A stretch of 57,927 nucleotides of DNA, taken from positions 1 to 57,927 of the IMG/VR virus record IMGVR_UViG_3300036773_000056. One strand, given 5' to 3'. This document shows positions 39,524 through 49,225 of the stretch, piece by piece. A program made the position numbers and the translations under genes. The notes below the pieces were generated by a model. The model did not search any database, was not told where the DNA came from, and saw nothing but the letters and a program-made list of their open reading frames with translations. The first letter of the stretch is position 1; each line of letters opens with the position of its first letter. The stretch comes from a virus (taxonomy: Duplodnaviria > Caudoviricetes).

Positions 39524-40669
39524 GTGATTCCCCCGCACATGATCAAGGCGATCGAGCAGCACGCCGAGGCGCACGGCGACCACGAGCGTGCCGCGCAGGC
39601 CCGCGCCACGCTGGCCGTGACGCACGCGCACCGCGAGCAGCGCCGCCACACCCCGCCCCGCGGCGACGCCGGATGCGGCGTGCTCGCCGAGCTGCGCGCG
39701 TTCGAGGCGTGGGTCCTCGCCGAGCTGGCGAAGCTGGTCGACCTCATCACCGGCCAGGACGGCGACGGCGGCGGTTCGCCGGCGCCCACCGACCCCGGCA
39801 CCCCGAGCCAGCCGGGCACCCCGAACCGGTCCATCCTGGACGGTGAGGGCGACGAGGACAGCGCAGACGACACCCTCGTCCGCGCCGAGGGCGCCCCCGC
39901 CGTGACCGACGCCTCGGTGAACAACGCGTACGACGGGCTCGGCGACGTGTTCGGCTACTACGAGCAGGTGCACGGCCGCGACTCCCTCGACGGGAAGGGT
40001 CTACCGCTGGTCGGCGTCGTCCACTACGGCCAGGCGTACGACAACGCGTTTTGGGACGGCCAGGCGATGCGGTTCGGCGACGGCGACGGGCAGGTGTTCG
40101 GCGACTTCACGGGGTGCCTCGACGTCATCGGGCACGAGCTGACGCACGGCGTCACGCAGTACACGGCCAACCTCGACTACCAGGGGCAGAGCGGCGCACT
40201 CAACGAACACATCTCGGACGTGTTCGGGATCCTGGTCAAGCAGTACCGGGCAGGTCAGGCCGCGGCCGACGCGGATTGGCTGATCGGTGAGGGCCTGCTC
40301 GCCGAGGGTGTGAAGGGCCGGGCGCTGCGCGACATGCTGCACCCCGGTACGGCGTACGACGACCCGCAGCTCGGCGTCGACCCGCAGCCCGCCGACATGG
40401 CGCACTACGTGGACACGGCCGAGGACGACGGCGGCGTGCACATCAACTCCGGCATCCCGAACCGCGCGTTCGCGCTCGCCGCGACCGCGCTCGGCGGGCA
40501 CGCGTGGGAAACGGTCGGGCCCGTCTGGTACAGCGTGCTGACCGGCGGCCACCTTCCCACCTCCTGCGACTTCGCGGCCTTCGCCGCCGCGACCCGTACC
40601 GCTGCCGCGGCCGTGTCGCCCGAGGTCGCCGCGGCCGTCGACCAGGCGTGGACCACGGTCGGCCTCTGA
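39524..40669 (+). CDS. M4 (protealysin/thermolysin-like) zinc metalloprotease
   Basis: IPPHM propeptide, YDNAFWDG, HELTH, GALNEHISD, GGVHINSGIPN. Confidence 0.92.
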   Translation: MIPPHMIKAIEQHAEAHGDHERAAQARATLAVTHAHREQRRHTPPRGDAGCGVLAELRAFEAWVLAELAKLVDLITGQDGDGGGSPAPTDPGTPSQPGTPNRSILDGEGDEDSADDTLVRAEGAPAVTDASVNNAYDGLGDVFGYYEQVHGRDSLDGKGLPLVGVVHYGQAYDNAFWDGQAMRFGDGDGQVFGDFTGCLDVIGHELTHGVTQYTANLDYQGQSGALNEHISDVFGILVKQYRAGQAAADADWLIGEGLLAEGVKGRALRDMLHPGTAYDDPQLGVDPQPADMAHYVDTAEDDGGVHINSGIPNRAFALAATALGGHAWETVGPVWYSVLTGGHLPTSCDFAAFAAATRTAAAAVSPEVAAAVDQAWTTVGL

Positions 40670-40757
40670 ACACCGCGCGCGCCCGCGCGGACGCACCCCA
40701 CCCCGCACTTCGGCCCCGGCAGCGTGCCGGGGTTTCCCCATTTCAGGAGACACGCAC

Positions 40758-41003
40758 ATGCTCACTTCCATCGTTCGTACCGTCGTCCCGATGATCGTCG
40801 GCGTCGTGATCGTCCTCGCGGCCCGCGCCGGCCTGCACATCACCGGCGACACCTCGGTCACGGAGGTCGTCACCCTCGGCGTCTCGTCCGTCTACTACCT
40901 GGCCGTGCGGCTGCTGGAGAAGGTGCGCCCGTACTTCGGGTGGCTGCTCGGCAAGGCTTCCCAGCCGGTGTACGTCGCGGCCCGCCGCAACACCGCCCGC
41001 TGA
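40758..41003 (+). CDS. Holin-like 2-TM protein
   Basis: SIVRTVVP..VG...YY..VRLLE...FGWLLG. Confidence 0.7.
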   Translation: MLTSIVRTVVPMIVGVVIVLAARAGLHITGDTSVTEVVTLGVSSVYYLAVRLLEKVRPYFGWLLGKASQPVYVAARRNTAR

Positions 41004-43180
41004 TGGCCCGCCGCTACGACCGGGGGGCGTGGCGGGCAGAGGACAGCGCGGGCAACGTGATCGCCGGCGCTGAGGCCACCTGTTGGGCCGCCCTGACGGG
41101 CGGCTCGCAGGCGGCCAACCTCGCCCGCATCACCGCCGATGGCGGGATCGGCGAGCCGATCCCCGGCGGCGTGCTCGTGGCCGACGCCTGGGGGTACATC
41201 GACGGTTTCTGGGACCTGGCCGACACCCCGGACCTGTACATCATCGGCGCCACGTCGGGCGTGATCCCAGGCGTTCAGCGCGTCCACCTGGAACCGACCG
41301 ACCTTGACGACCAGCTCGCCCCGCTGCCCGGCCAGATCGCCGGCGCCGCGGCCCGCCTCGACGCGATCGACGCCGCGACGGGCGCACCCGGCGGGTACGC
41401 GACCCTCGACGCCGAGGGGCTGCTCGTGGCCGCGCAGCGCCCACCCGCCGAGGGTGGGGGAGACGGCGGTGGCGGCCCGGTCATCCTCGCCCGCGTGGAT
41501 GAGCTCCCGAACCCGTACTACGTCGGCCACCGCGGCAGCGGCGCGTTCCTCGCCCCGGAGGGCACCCCCGAGTCGTACCGCGTCGGGTACCTGCTCGGCT
41601 TGGACGCGCTCGAAATCGACGTGTTCGTGGCCGCGGACGGCTCCCTGATCTGCATGCACGACACGACCGTGGACCGCACCACCACCGCCACCGGCAGCTC
41701 CAGCGAATACAGCGCCGCAGCGTTCGCGCGGCTGGTCGTCGACGCCGCGACGTGGTTCGGCGGCGGGCAGCCGGACACGCGCCCGGTCACCCTGCGGGAG
41801 ATGCTCGACCAGTACGGCGGGCGCGTCGTGCTGCTCCTCCACGTCCACGACCCCGCGTCGACCGCGGGCGCGATCACGGAGGTGCAGCGCCGGCAGCTCG
41901 ACGCGTCGTGCATCTTCCAGACTTTCGACCGTTCCGACGCGTTGAGCGTCGTGGCGGCCGGCCTCCACGCGCAGCTCCTGATCGGCACGGAGGCGCAGGC
42001 CACCGCGGCGCCGCCCGCTCAGGTCATCACGGACGGCATCGAGCGCGTGTCGATCGCGGGCTCGGGCGCCGTCTCCAACGCCACGATTTCCGGGTACATC
42101 ACGGCGGGGGTCACGACCGGCGTGTACGACGTGTCCCGCCAGTACCAGCACGCCAACGCCCTCACGCTCGGCGTACGGATGGTGGACGGCGACGACTCGA
42201 TCTACGCGCGGGCCGCGACCGGCCGGTACCGGCGCACCACGGACCCCTGGCGGTTCGGCGCCGGCTACTACCACGGCCACCAAACCAACCTCACGAGCGC
42301 CGCCGCCGTCAGCCCCGCCGAGCGCGGTTTCATCGGCCGCGGCCCGATCCCATGGACCACGCCGACCATGCTGAACTCGTGGACGGCATTCGGGTCCGGG
42401 TGGCAGGCGCAGGGCTACCGGCGCGGCCAGGACGGGCGCGTGTACCTGCGTGGCGTCATCGCCAACGGCGCCGCCGGGAACGCCGCGTTCACCATCCCCG
42501 CGTGGGTGGGGCGACCGCCGAACAACTACAACTCCGCGTCCATCGCGTCGGGTAGCAACCCGCCGTCTCTGTGCCGTCTCCAGATCTCGACCAGCGGCGA
42601 CGTGACCCCGCAGAACGCGGTGGGCACCTTCGCGTCGATCGATACAGCATTCGAGCCGGTCGACGACCCGATCAAGGGGGTGTCCGTACTGCCCGGCTCG
42701 ACGCCGTGGCTTCTGCTCTGCGGGTGGGCGTGCCCGCTGGCGGCCCCGACCGGGTACACGTTCACGTTCTCCGCCCGTTGGGACACGCTGGGGGCGTCCG
42801 CGACCAGGTGGGCCGGGGCGTACTTCTCCGCGCTGCGCGACCACCCGTACGACGACACGGCCACCGACACCCTCAACTCCGGGTACTCGGTGATCTTGCG
42901 GCAGAACGGGTCGCTGGAGCTGTACCGCAAGGACCCCGGCGTGACCACCCAGCTCGGCGCGTCCGTCGCGACGCCCGCGATCACCGCGGGGACGGACACG
43001 CAGATTCGGGTCACCATCTCCGGCAGCTCGATCACCGTGACCCGGGTCGACGCTGTGACGCCGAACTCGATCACCGCCACCGACAGCACGTACCGCGGCC
43101 CGTACGTCTACGTCGGCCGCCACGCCACGTCCGCGGCGCTCGGCCCCGGCATCACGTTCCACGACGCGTCGATCACGTGA
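41003..43180 (+). CDS. Tail-type protein with a glycerophosphodiester phosphodiesterase (GDPD) domain
   Basis: GHRG...APEGT, LEIDV, MHDTTVDRTT; N-terminal GAPGGYATLD tail motif; beta-rich C-terminus. Confidence 0.85.
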   Translation: MARRYDRGAWRAEDSAGNVIAGAEATCWAALTGGSQAANLARITADGGIGEPIPGGVLVADAWGYIDGFWDLADTPDLYIIGATSGVIPGVQRVHLEPTDLDDQLAPLPGQIAGAAARLDAIDAATGAPGGYATLDAEGLLVAAQRPPAEGGGDGGGGPVILARVDELPNPYYVGHRGSGAFLAPEGTPESYRVGYLLGLDALEIDVFVAADGSLICMHDTTVDRTTTATGSSSEYSAAAFARLVVDAATWFGGGQPDTRPVTLREMLDQYGGRVVLLLHVHDPASTAGAITEVQRRQLDASCIFQTFDRSDALSVVAAGLHAQLLIGTEAQATAAPPAQVITDGIERVSIAGSGAVSNATISGYITAGVTTGVYDVSRQYQHANALTLGVRMVDGDDSIYARAATGRYRRTTDPWRFGAGYYHGHQTNLTSAAAVSPAERGFIGRGPIPWTTPTMLNSWTAFGSGWQAQGYRRGQDGRVYLRGVIANGAAGNAAFTIPAWVGRPPNNYNSASIASGSNPPSLCRLQISTSGDVTPQNAVGTFASIDTAFEPVDDPIKGVSVLPGSTPWLLLCGWACPLAAPTGYTFTFSARWDTLGASATRWAGAYFSALRDHPYDDTATDTLNSGYSVILRQNGSLELYRKDPGVTTQLGASVATPAITAGTDTQIRVTISGSSITVTRVDAVTPNSITATDSTYRGPYVYVGRHATSAALGPGITFHDASIT

Positions 43181-43442
43181 CGACCGCGGGCGGGCGCTCC
43201 GGGGCGGCCACGATGAGCTCCGGGTCGTACGGGTACCAGGCGTCCATCCGGCCGCCCCGCACCTGATCGGCGCGGTAGTCCAGGAGACACGCCCAGGTAC
43301 GGCCGCCGTCATTGGAGTGCCACGACCGGAGAACCGCCCACGTCCACCCCTCAATGAGGTACGCGGCGACCAGCCGCCACGTGTCCTTGTGCAGAGAGTC
43401 CGCCCCCCACTTGGGGGTGCGCACGGGCCGTAGATGCTCCAT
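43173..43442 (-). CDS. Small Trp-rich hypothetical protein, probably leaderless
   Basis: -10 TATCGT just upstream of the ATG. Confidence 0.55.
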   Translation of the reverse strand: MEHLRPVRTPKWGADSLHKDTWRLVAAYLIEGWTWAVLRSWHSNDGGRTWACLLDYRADQVRGGRMDAWYPYDPELIVAAPERPPAVVT

Positions 43443-43458
43443 TCCCCGAACGATAGAA

Positions 43459-43498
43459 CGCCCCCGCCGCCCCCTCCATGTGAGGGGCGGCGGGGGCG
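43459..43498. terminator. Hairpin terminator
   Basis: cgcccccgccgcccc...ggggcggcgggggcg. Confidence 0.7.
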
Positions 43499-43513
43499 CT
43501 TCTTCGCGTCTGG

Positions 43514-43861
43514 TCAGCGAATCTTGTACGTCGTGCGCCGCTTGCGGGGCATGATCTCGCGGGCGATCCACCACGGCACCCACACGAGCAGCCACAGCCC
43601 GCCCGTGCAGAGCGTCAGCACCAGGTGCACGGAGTTGGCGATGCCGCCGAGGCCGCGCCGCTTCTCCACCGCGACCACCCGCCGCGGCATCGACGCCGCC
43701 GGCGGGTGCTGGGGGAGGGGCGCGAGCCCGCGCGGGGGCGGCCCGTACGGCACCTGCGGGCGCGGCCCGTACGCGCCTCCCGGCGGCGGGTACGGGCCGG
43801 TCTGGGGTGGCGCCCCGTACGGCAGGGTCGGCGGGTACGGCGGGCGCGGCTGCTCATGCAT
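43514..43861 (-). CDS. Pro-rich membrane protein
   Basis: GGAGGG RBS; HLVLTLCTGGLWLLVW. Confidence 0.7.
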   Translation of the reverse strand: MHEQPRPPYPPTLPYGAPPQTGPYPPPGGAYGPRPQVPYGPPPRGLAPLPQHPPAASMPRRVVAVEKRRGLGGIANSVHLVLTLCTGGLWLLVWVPWWIAREIMPRKRRTTYKIR

Positions 43862-43997
43862 GGTGGGGGTCCCTCCCGTGGGTGCTGATCGGGAGTTTCG
43901 CACCGCCCGCACCCGCGCGAGGGCCCGCGTACGCGCGTGGCCGCCCCTGGCCAGGTCGTGAACCGGGGGCGGCCATCGCGCGTCACGCGCCGGAAAG

Positions 43998-44016
43998 TGC
44001 CGACAATTTGTCGGCA
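43998..44016. promoter_or_regulatory. parS-like palindrome
   Basis: TGCCGACAA-T-TTGTCGGCA just downstream of the par operon. Confidence 0.5.
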
Positions 44017-44026
44017 AAACCGGCTC

Positions 44027-44827
44027 CTACCTGGGGTTTTCCACCTCGTCGGCGAGCTCGCGGAGCCGCGCGGCCACCTCGTGCCGCTGCTCGGGCGACT
44101 CGGCCGTACGCACTTCCCGGGTGATCGCGCGCAGGCCCTTGACCCACGTCCGCACCTCGGGCGGCGCGGCGGGCGTCCGCTGCGGCTCGCTGCGGAGGTA
44201 CTCCTTGATCCGCTTCACGACGTCGGTCTTCCGCCACCGGTCGGGCAGCACGCCGACAACGCCGCGTACAACTCCGGCCGTGACCTTCGGCGCCTCGCCT
44301 GCGATCGTCTCGTACACGAGGGCGGCGGCGTCGTTGCCGTGCTCGGCCGCGACGGGAAGCAGCTCGCGTACGTGCGACTCGCTGACCCCGGGAGCGGTTT
44401 CGAGGAGACGCGCGCCGACACGCCACGCGCGGATGAACTGCTCGGCGCGGTCCCTCCCGAATCCGAATCTGGTCTGCGTGAACTCCTCAAACGCTTTGTG
44501 TTCGCCGCGGTACACCTTCGACTTCTGCTCGTATTCGAGCGCGCGGCCCATCATCACGAACCCGCGTATCCCCGACTCGATCGCCGCCACGCACAGTGCA
44601 TGGGCCGCAAGCTCCTGTTCGGACGGCTCGGCGGGCAGGTCCGTGAGCTCATGCTCCGGCGGTTCGGGAAGGTCGGCGAGAGTGAGCGGCGTCGGCTTCC
44701 GCCACTCCGCGTCGGCGTACGGGGATACCGCCGGGGTGTGCTCCTCACCGTCGAGGAGGACGTTGCCGCCGCCGATGGTGGCCTTTGCCGTGGGGCGCGG
44801 TGGGCGCCGCTTCGGTGGTGTGCTCAT
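44027..44827 (-). CDS. Non-canonical ParB-like / centromere-binding partner
   Basis: Coupled to parA; GRAL...YR..HKAFEEF...RFG..R..A..FI.AW helical motif. Confidence 0.65.
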   Translation of the reverse strand: MSTPPKRRPPRPTAKATIGGGNVLLDGEEHTPAVSPYADAEWRKPTPLTLADLPEPPEHELTDLPAEPSEQELAAHALCVAAIESGIRGFVMMGRALEYEQKSKVYRGEHKAFEEFTQTRFGFGRDRAEQFIRAWRVGARLLETAPGVSESHVRELLPVAAEHGNDAAALVYETIAGEAPKVTAGVVRGVVGVLPDRWRKTDVVKRIKEYLRSEPQRTPAAPPEVRTWVKGLRAITREVRTAESPEQRHEVAARLRELADEVENPR

Positions 44828-45504
44828 GCTGCTACCTCGTATTCCGCTACCAGCTCGCCCCCGACGTCTTGGAACTCGGCGAGGTCGTCGATGGGGTTCG
44901 TCGTGTTCTTCGCCTGCCGGTACCACTGCCAGTTCGTGGCCTGCGCCTCGAACACTACGTAACCGGCCTCGTCGAGCTTGTCGCGCGCCCGCTCGCCTTC
45001 CTTGGACGGCATCGGCGGGACCTTGACCAGCAGGACCCGCACGTTGACCGTCCGGTCGGTACCCGCAAGCGCAGCTTTCGCCTCGTCGAATGTTGTGGGG
45101 ATCCGCTCGGTTTCCGCGTCGTTCGGCGCGGACGTGATGATCAGCTCGTGTGATTTCCGTACGGCGGCCTTCAGAATCTTGTCGGACTCGCCGCCGGTGT
45201 CCACGATGATCACGTCGTATTTTCCGCTGGCGGTCTGGTCGTCGATGCAGTCGCCGACCTGCGCCGAGGGAAACGGCACCATCTCGAACGGGACGTTCGT
45301 CACGTCGGGATTGCGGACGAGGGCGCGGTGCCACGAGTACGCGGTCTGCGACAACGGGTCGGCGTCGATGATCAGGACGCGTAGCCCGCGCCGCGCGAAG
45401 TAGCAGGCGAGGAATACCGAGCTGGTGCTCTTACCTGCGCCGCCTTTGAGATTGCCGATCGTCACCACGAGCGGCTGGGGAAGGTCGAGGGTCGGTCGTG
45501 CCAT
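44824..45504 (-). CDS. parA: ParA partition ATPase
   Basis: Deviant Walker A LKGGAGKST; LIIDADP; IIVDTG. Confidence 0.92.
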   Translation of the reverse strand: MARPTLDLPQPLVVTIGNLKGGAGKSTSSVFLACYFARRGLRVLIIDADPLSQTAYSWHRALVRNPDVTNVPFEMVPFPSAQVGDCIDDQTASGKYDVIIVDTGGESDKILKAAVRKSHELIITSAPNDAETERIPTTFDEAKAALAGTDRTVNVRVLLVKVPPMPSKEGERARDKLDEAGYVVFEAQATNWQWYRQAKNTTNPIDDLAEFQDVGGELVAEYEVAA

Positions 45505-45557
45505 GCGCCGATTCAAGCAGACGACGGCGGTCCCCGCCGGGAGACGGGGCCCGCGCG

Positions 45558-46586
45558 TCAGGTGCCGTCGCCGAGGAAGTAGGCGCCGGTCACGTACGCG
45601 GCGCTCCCGGTGAGCTGGTCGAGGTCGTGCGCGTACCGCTCCGTCGTCCTGGGGTCTTTGTGGCGGGCGAGCTGCTGCGCCTTGCGGAGGGACGCCCCGC
45701 CGAGCAGTGCGCCGGTGACGCCGGTGTGCCGCATGACGTGCGGGGTCACCTTCTCCCACTGCTCGATCCCGGCCATGCGCGCGATGACGCGGAGGGTCCG
45801 CAGGGCCTCGTGCCGGTCCCAACGCTTCCCTGTGCTGGTGACGAACAGGGGGCCCGTCTTCCGGTCGGCGATGTACAGGGCGACCACGTGCCACGTCTCG
45901 GGCGGGATGACGACGTTCTCGACCTCGCCGCCCTTGCCCGTGATCGGTACGACGCGGTGGCCCTGCGCCTCGGTGATGTCCTCGATGTCTATCGCGATGA
46001 TCTCCGAGATGCGGAGAAGCAGGGTGAACCCGATCGCGACCAGCGCGGACGCGCGGAGCTCCGGGCCGTGCGGGTAGTTGCCGGCCTGCTCGATCATGTC
46101 GCGGGCCTGCTGGCGGGACAGGCCGAGCGTGGTCGTCGACGTCGAGACTTTGGGGCGGCGTACGTGCGCGACGGGGGAGCCGTCGCGCACACCCTCGCCG
46201 GCCACGTAGGCGAAGAAGGATGCGAGCGCGGAGAGTTTCCGCGCGCGGGTGGCGGGCGCCCATCCGTGCCGGTCCCGCATGTACGCGGACCACAGGTCGA
46301 TGTGGACGCGCCGCGCCTCTACCGGGTCGACCACGCGGGATTCGAGCAGCGCGGCGAAGTCGTCGGGCACCGGCTTGTCGGGGTCGGCGCACCACGCCGC
46401 GAACTGGTCGAGGTCGAGCCCGTACGCGTCGCGCGTGTTGGTGGACGTGTCGGCGTCGAACGACGCGAGCCATGCCGCGCGGAGGATCGCGAGCCGGTCG
46501 GCCGCGGTGGCGCCGACCGTCGCGAGCTCGGCCGTACGGGCGGGCACGATCACCCCCTCGACCGGCGCCGCGTTGTGCATGGTCAT
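45558..46586 (-). CDS. XerC/D-like tyrosine recombinase (resolvase or integrase)
   Basis: LRISE, GKGG, HVMRH, ARH..PRTTERY catalytic set. Confidence 0.92.
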   Translation of the reverse strand: MTMHNAAPVEGVIVPARTAELATVGATAADRLAILRAAWLASFDADTSTNTRDAYGLDLDQFAAWCADPDKPVPDDFAALLESRVVDPVEARRVHIDLWSAYMRDRHGWAPATRARKLSALASFFAYVAGEGVRDGSPVAHVRRPKVSTSTTTLGLSRQQARDMIEQAGNYPHGPELRASALVAIGFTLLLRISEIIAIDIEDITEAQGHRVVPITGKGGEVENVVIPPETWHVVALYIADRKTGPLFVTSTGKRWDRHEALRTLRVIARMAGIEQWEKVTPHVMRHTGVTGALLGGASLRKAQQLARHKDPRTTERYAHDLDQLTGSAAYVTGAYFLGDGT

Positions 46587-47029
46587 TCGGCCGCCATGTC
46601 CACGGTCGCGTGCGTGACCTCGCCGAGCACCTCGGCCAGCGTCGCGGCCAGGGCGCGGGCCTGCGCGAGCGCGTCGGCCGCCGCGGCTGCGGCCGCCTCG
46701 GGCTGGCCGGCGTACTCGCCGTCCCGGATGATGATCCGGCCGGCCGCGGCTTCCTTCGTGAGCCAGTCCGCGGACTGCTGGGCGAGCTGCGGGAACATGC
46801 CGAGCGCCCGCCGCAGAGCCCCGTACAGGTCGAGCAGGGTCGAGGGGTACACGATGCCCGAACCGCTGTACGGGCCGGTCGCGTAGTTCAGTGCCCGTAC
46901 GGCCTCAGCGATGGTCTGCGCCGCGTCGCGGGTCAGGTCGGGGGAGTGCTGCGCGGGGTCTTGCGCGCGGGCCTCCATCGCGCCGGCGAGCATGAGCTCG
47001 CGCTCTTCGTCCTCGGGGATCCCGGTCAT
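46583..47029 (-). CDS. Hypothetical helical protein
   Basis: GGAAGG RBS; AEAVRALNYAT. Confidence 0.7.
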   Translation of the reverse strand: MTGIPEDEERELMLAGAMEARAQDPAQHSPDLTRDAAQTIAEAVRALNYATGPYSGSGIVYPSTLLDLYGALRRALGMFPQLAQQSADWLTKEAAAGRIIIRDGEYAGQPEAAAAAAADALAQARALAATLAEVLGEVTHATVDMAAE

Positions 47030-47358
47030 GTCCTGGCCTTCCGTCGTCGCTGGTTGATCGGTATCACGTTGCTCGGCGTCCGCGTGCGGGCGGGCGCGGC
47101 GGGCGTGGGGGTAGGCAATGCGAGCTGGTCGACGCGCGGCGTACACGTCGCGGCGTGGGGCATCCGGCGCCGCTCGACGTGCTGCGGGCTGTCGCCGGCG
47201 CCGAGCGCACGGGCCCGGAGGGTTCCGGTCCCGTCGCGGTACGCGGCCACGTTCCCGGCTGCGCTCGGCCCGGGGTCGAGGGCCTGGCGCTGGCCGTGCA
47301 TCGTGGTCGCCCACTCGATCGGGGAGCCGCACCGGTCGCATGTCGGGGTGGGTCGCAT
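47026..47358 (-). CDS. Small zinc-binding protein
   Basis: CDRCGSPIEW...H.ATC; AGGAGG RBS. Confidence 0.7.
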   Translation of the reverse strand: MRPTPTCDRCGSPIEWATTMHGQRQALDPGPSAAGNVAAYRDGTGTLRARALGAGDSPQHVERRRMPHAATCTPRVDQLALPTPTPAAPARTRTPSNVIPINQRRRKART

Positions 47359-47431
47359 CGCCGTGCCTCCTGGGGTGTGACGGCGGGCCACCTCCCATAA
47401 TGCGGTGGCCCACCGACATCACGCGCGCGGA

Positions 47432-48007
47432 TTACGTCGCCGCCGTCTCCTGGTCGACCGGCTCGGCGAGCCCGCCGATCACCGTGGCGCCGCACGGAGC
47501 CTCGTTATTCTGTGCATCGACGGCCATGTCGATCACGTACGTTGTCCGGGCTGCGGGCCGCATCGCGTTCCACTCGTCGGCCGGGATCGTTACCACCTCC
47601 TCGTACAGGTCGCCGGTCGACGGCTCAACGGTGATGCGCACCTCGACCGGGCCGACCGCGTCACGCTCGTAATCGGGGTCCGTGAAGGTCCCCCGCTCCT
47701 CCTCTGCGGCGGCGTCGAGCTGCGCGCGGAAGTCGTCGTTGGTGTTGGCGCACAAGACGATGATGCGCTCGGCCGCGCGGACGTGCCGGTCAGCGTCGTC
47801 GAGCTCGACCGCGAGGTCCGCGAGATCTTCGCCGCTCGGCTCCCCGTCGATTCCGTTGCCGTACCGGGTGGCCATGTCGCCAGCGAGGCGGCGGGCCTCG
47901 CGCAGCGCGCCGCGGATCTCGGCCGCGTACTCGGTCATGCGCGCAAGGTCGGCCGCGATGCCGGCCTGGTAGGCGCGGTCGTTCTCGATCTCCTGGTCGA
48001 TGGTCAT
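47432..48007 (-). CDS. Acidic hypothetical protein
   Basis: GGAG RBS; D/E rich. Confidence 0.7.
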   Translation of the reverse strand: MTIDQEIENDRAYQAGIAADLARMTEYAAEIRGALREARRLAGDMATRYGNGIDGEPSGEDLADLAVELDDADRHVRAAERIIVLCANTNDDFRAQLDAAAEEERGTFTDPDYERDAVGPVEVRITVEPSTGDLYEEVVTIPADEWNAMRPAARTTYVIDMAVDAQNNEAPCGATVIGGLAEPVDQETAAT

Positions 48008-48019
48008 CGTGTCTCCGGG

Positions 48020-48511
48020 TCAGTTGGTGGTGAGGGTGGCGAGCTGGTCGGCGATCTCGCCGAGCCGGGTCGGGTCGGCGATGGGGCCGCTGGCCGCGAG
48101 CTGGCGTAGCTCGGCGACGGCTGCGGCGATGGTCTCGTGGGCCGCGGTCTCGTCGAGGTTCCGGCCGCAGTCGGCGCACGTCTCGTCGAGGTTCCGGCCG
48201 TGGTCGCACCGCGTGGTGATGCGGTAGAGCCGCATGGCCGCGTCGGCGAGGTCGTCGGCGGTGAACGTGATGGGCGGGGTTGCGAGGGTTTCGCCGTGGG
48301 CGAGGCCGCCGGGGGAGAGGTAGACGGTGCCGCGGTGCTCGGCGACGTCGGCCGCCGGGTCGTCCACGTAGACGTCGTATGTTGGGTCGTCGCCGTCCCA
48401 GCGGGTGGCGGTCACCTCGACCTGCTCGCCGTCCGGTCCCTTGGGGAAGACGCCGAATTCCTCGGCGGTGCCGTTCCGGATCTCCTCGTCGAGGTCGTCG
48501 GCGTTGATCAT
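48020..48511 (-). CDS. Acidic hypothetical protein with a GRNLDET duplication
   Basis: GGAG RBS; 21-bp direct repeat at 48147 and 48180. Confidence 0.65.
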   Translation of the reverse strand: MINADDLDEEIRNGTAEEFGVFPKGPDGEQVEVTATRWDGDDPTYDVYVDDPAADVAEHRGTVYLSPGGLAHGETLATPPITFTADDLADAAMRLYRITTRCDHGRNLDETCADCGRNLDETAAHETIAAAVAELRQLAASGPIADPTRLGEIADQLATLTTN

Positions 48512-48540
48512 GTGGTCTCCCGGGGGGTGCGGTCGTTTGG

Positions 48541-48684
48541 TCAGCGGGTCGTCTTCGCGTGCTCGGTCTCGATGTACCACCGGACGAGCAGCCGCAGGTG
48601 GCGGAACCCGCCGTAGATACCGGCGAGAGCGAGCGCGGCGAGCACCGACGATAGGACGTCGGGGTGCACGTACATGGTGTACAT
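48541..48684 (-). CDS. 47-aa single-TM peptide (not in the ORF track)
   Basis: GGAGG RBS; MYTMYVHPDVLSSVLAALALAGIYGGFRHLRLLVRWYIETEHAKTTR. Confidence 0.55.
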   Translation of the reverse strand: MYTMYVHPDVLSSVLAALALAGIYGGFRHLRLLVRWYIETEHAKTTR

Positions 48685-48750
48685 CAGTGGTCCTCCGTGG
48701 ACTGTGGGGCCACGGCCCGCCCCCGGAGGGGCGGACCGAAGTCCGACAGG

Positions 48751-49173
48751 TCACGCGTTCGGGGCGATCCGCAGCCCGTTGGTGGTGCGGTAGAGCCTTT
48801 CGCCGCAGTGCCGGCACCGGATGCGGGCGGAGACGGGTCGGCCGATGACCACGCCGGCGCCGTCGCGTTCCGGGCCCTCGGTCTCGTGCGTGCAGGCGGC
48901 GTCGAGCGCGGCGCGGATGATCGCCTCGGCGGCGGTCTCCGTGCTCGGCCGCTGCGCGGCCCACGCGTTGAATGCGGCGTCGGCCTCGGGGTGGCGGGCG
49001 GTCAGAGCCTCGATGATGACCATGCGGGACATGTTGGCGGCGCGGCCGTCCTCGGTGCGGGTGTTGCTGTAGTCCTCGGCCTCGGCCATGCGCAGCGCGT
49101 CGCACAGGGCGGGCGTGGTCTGTCGCTCGGCGAATGCCGTCATCTTGTCGATTGCCTGCGCGATTGTGGCCAT
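48751..49173 (-). CDS. Hypothetical protein with a C-terminal zinc ribbon
   Basis: GGAGGG RBS; CRHCGE. Confidence 0.7.
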   Translation of the reverse strand: MATIAQAIDKMTAFAERQTTPALCDALRMAEAEDYSNTRTEDGRAANMSRMVIIEALTARHPEADAAFNAWAAQRPSTETAAEAIIRAALDAACTHETEGPERDGAGVVIGRPVSARIRCRHCGERLYRTTNGLRIAPNA

Positions 49174-49225
49174 GTTGCCCTCCGGGGCGTTTGCCGGTGG
49201 CCGCCTTGCCGACCTCCGAACGTAG

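Noticed and set aside
44824-46473. 549-aa ParA with a long N-terminal extension
   Set aside because: The extension overlaps the recombinase in another frame; the real start is about 45504
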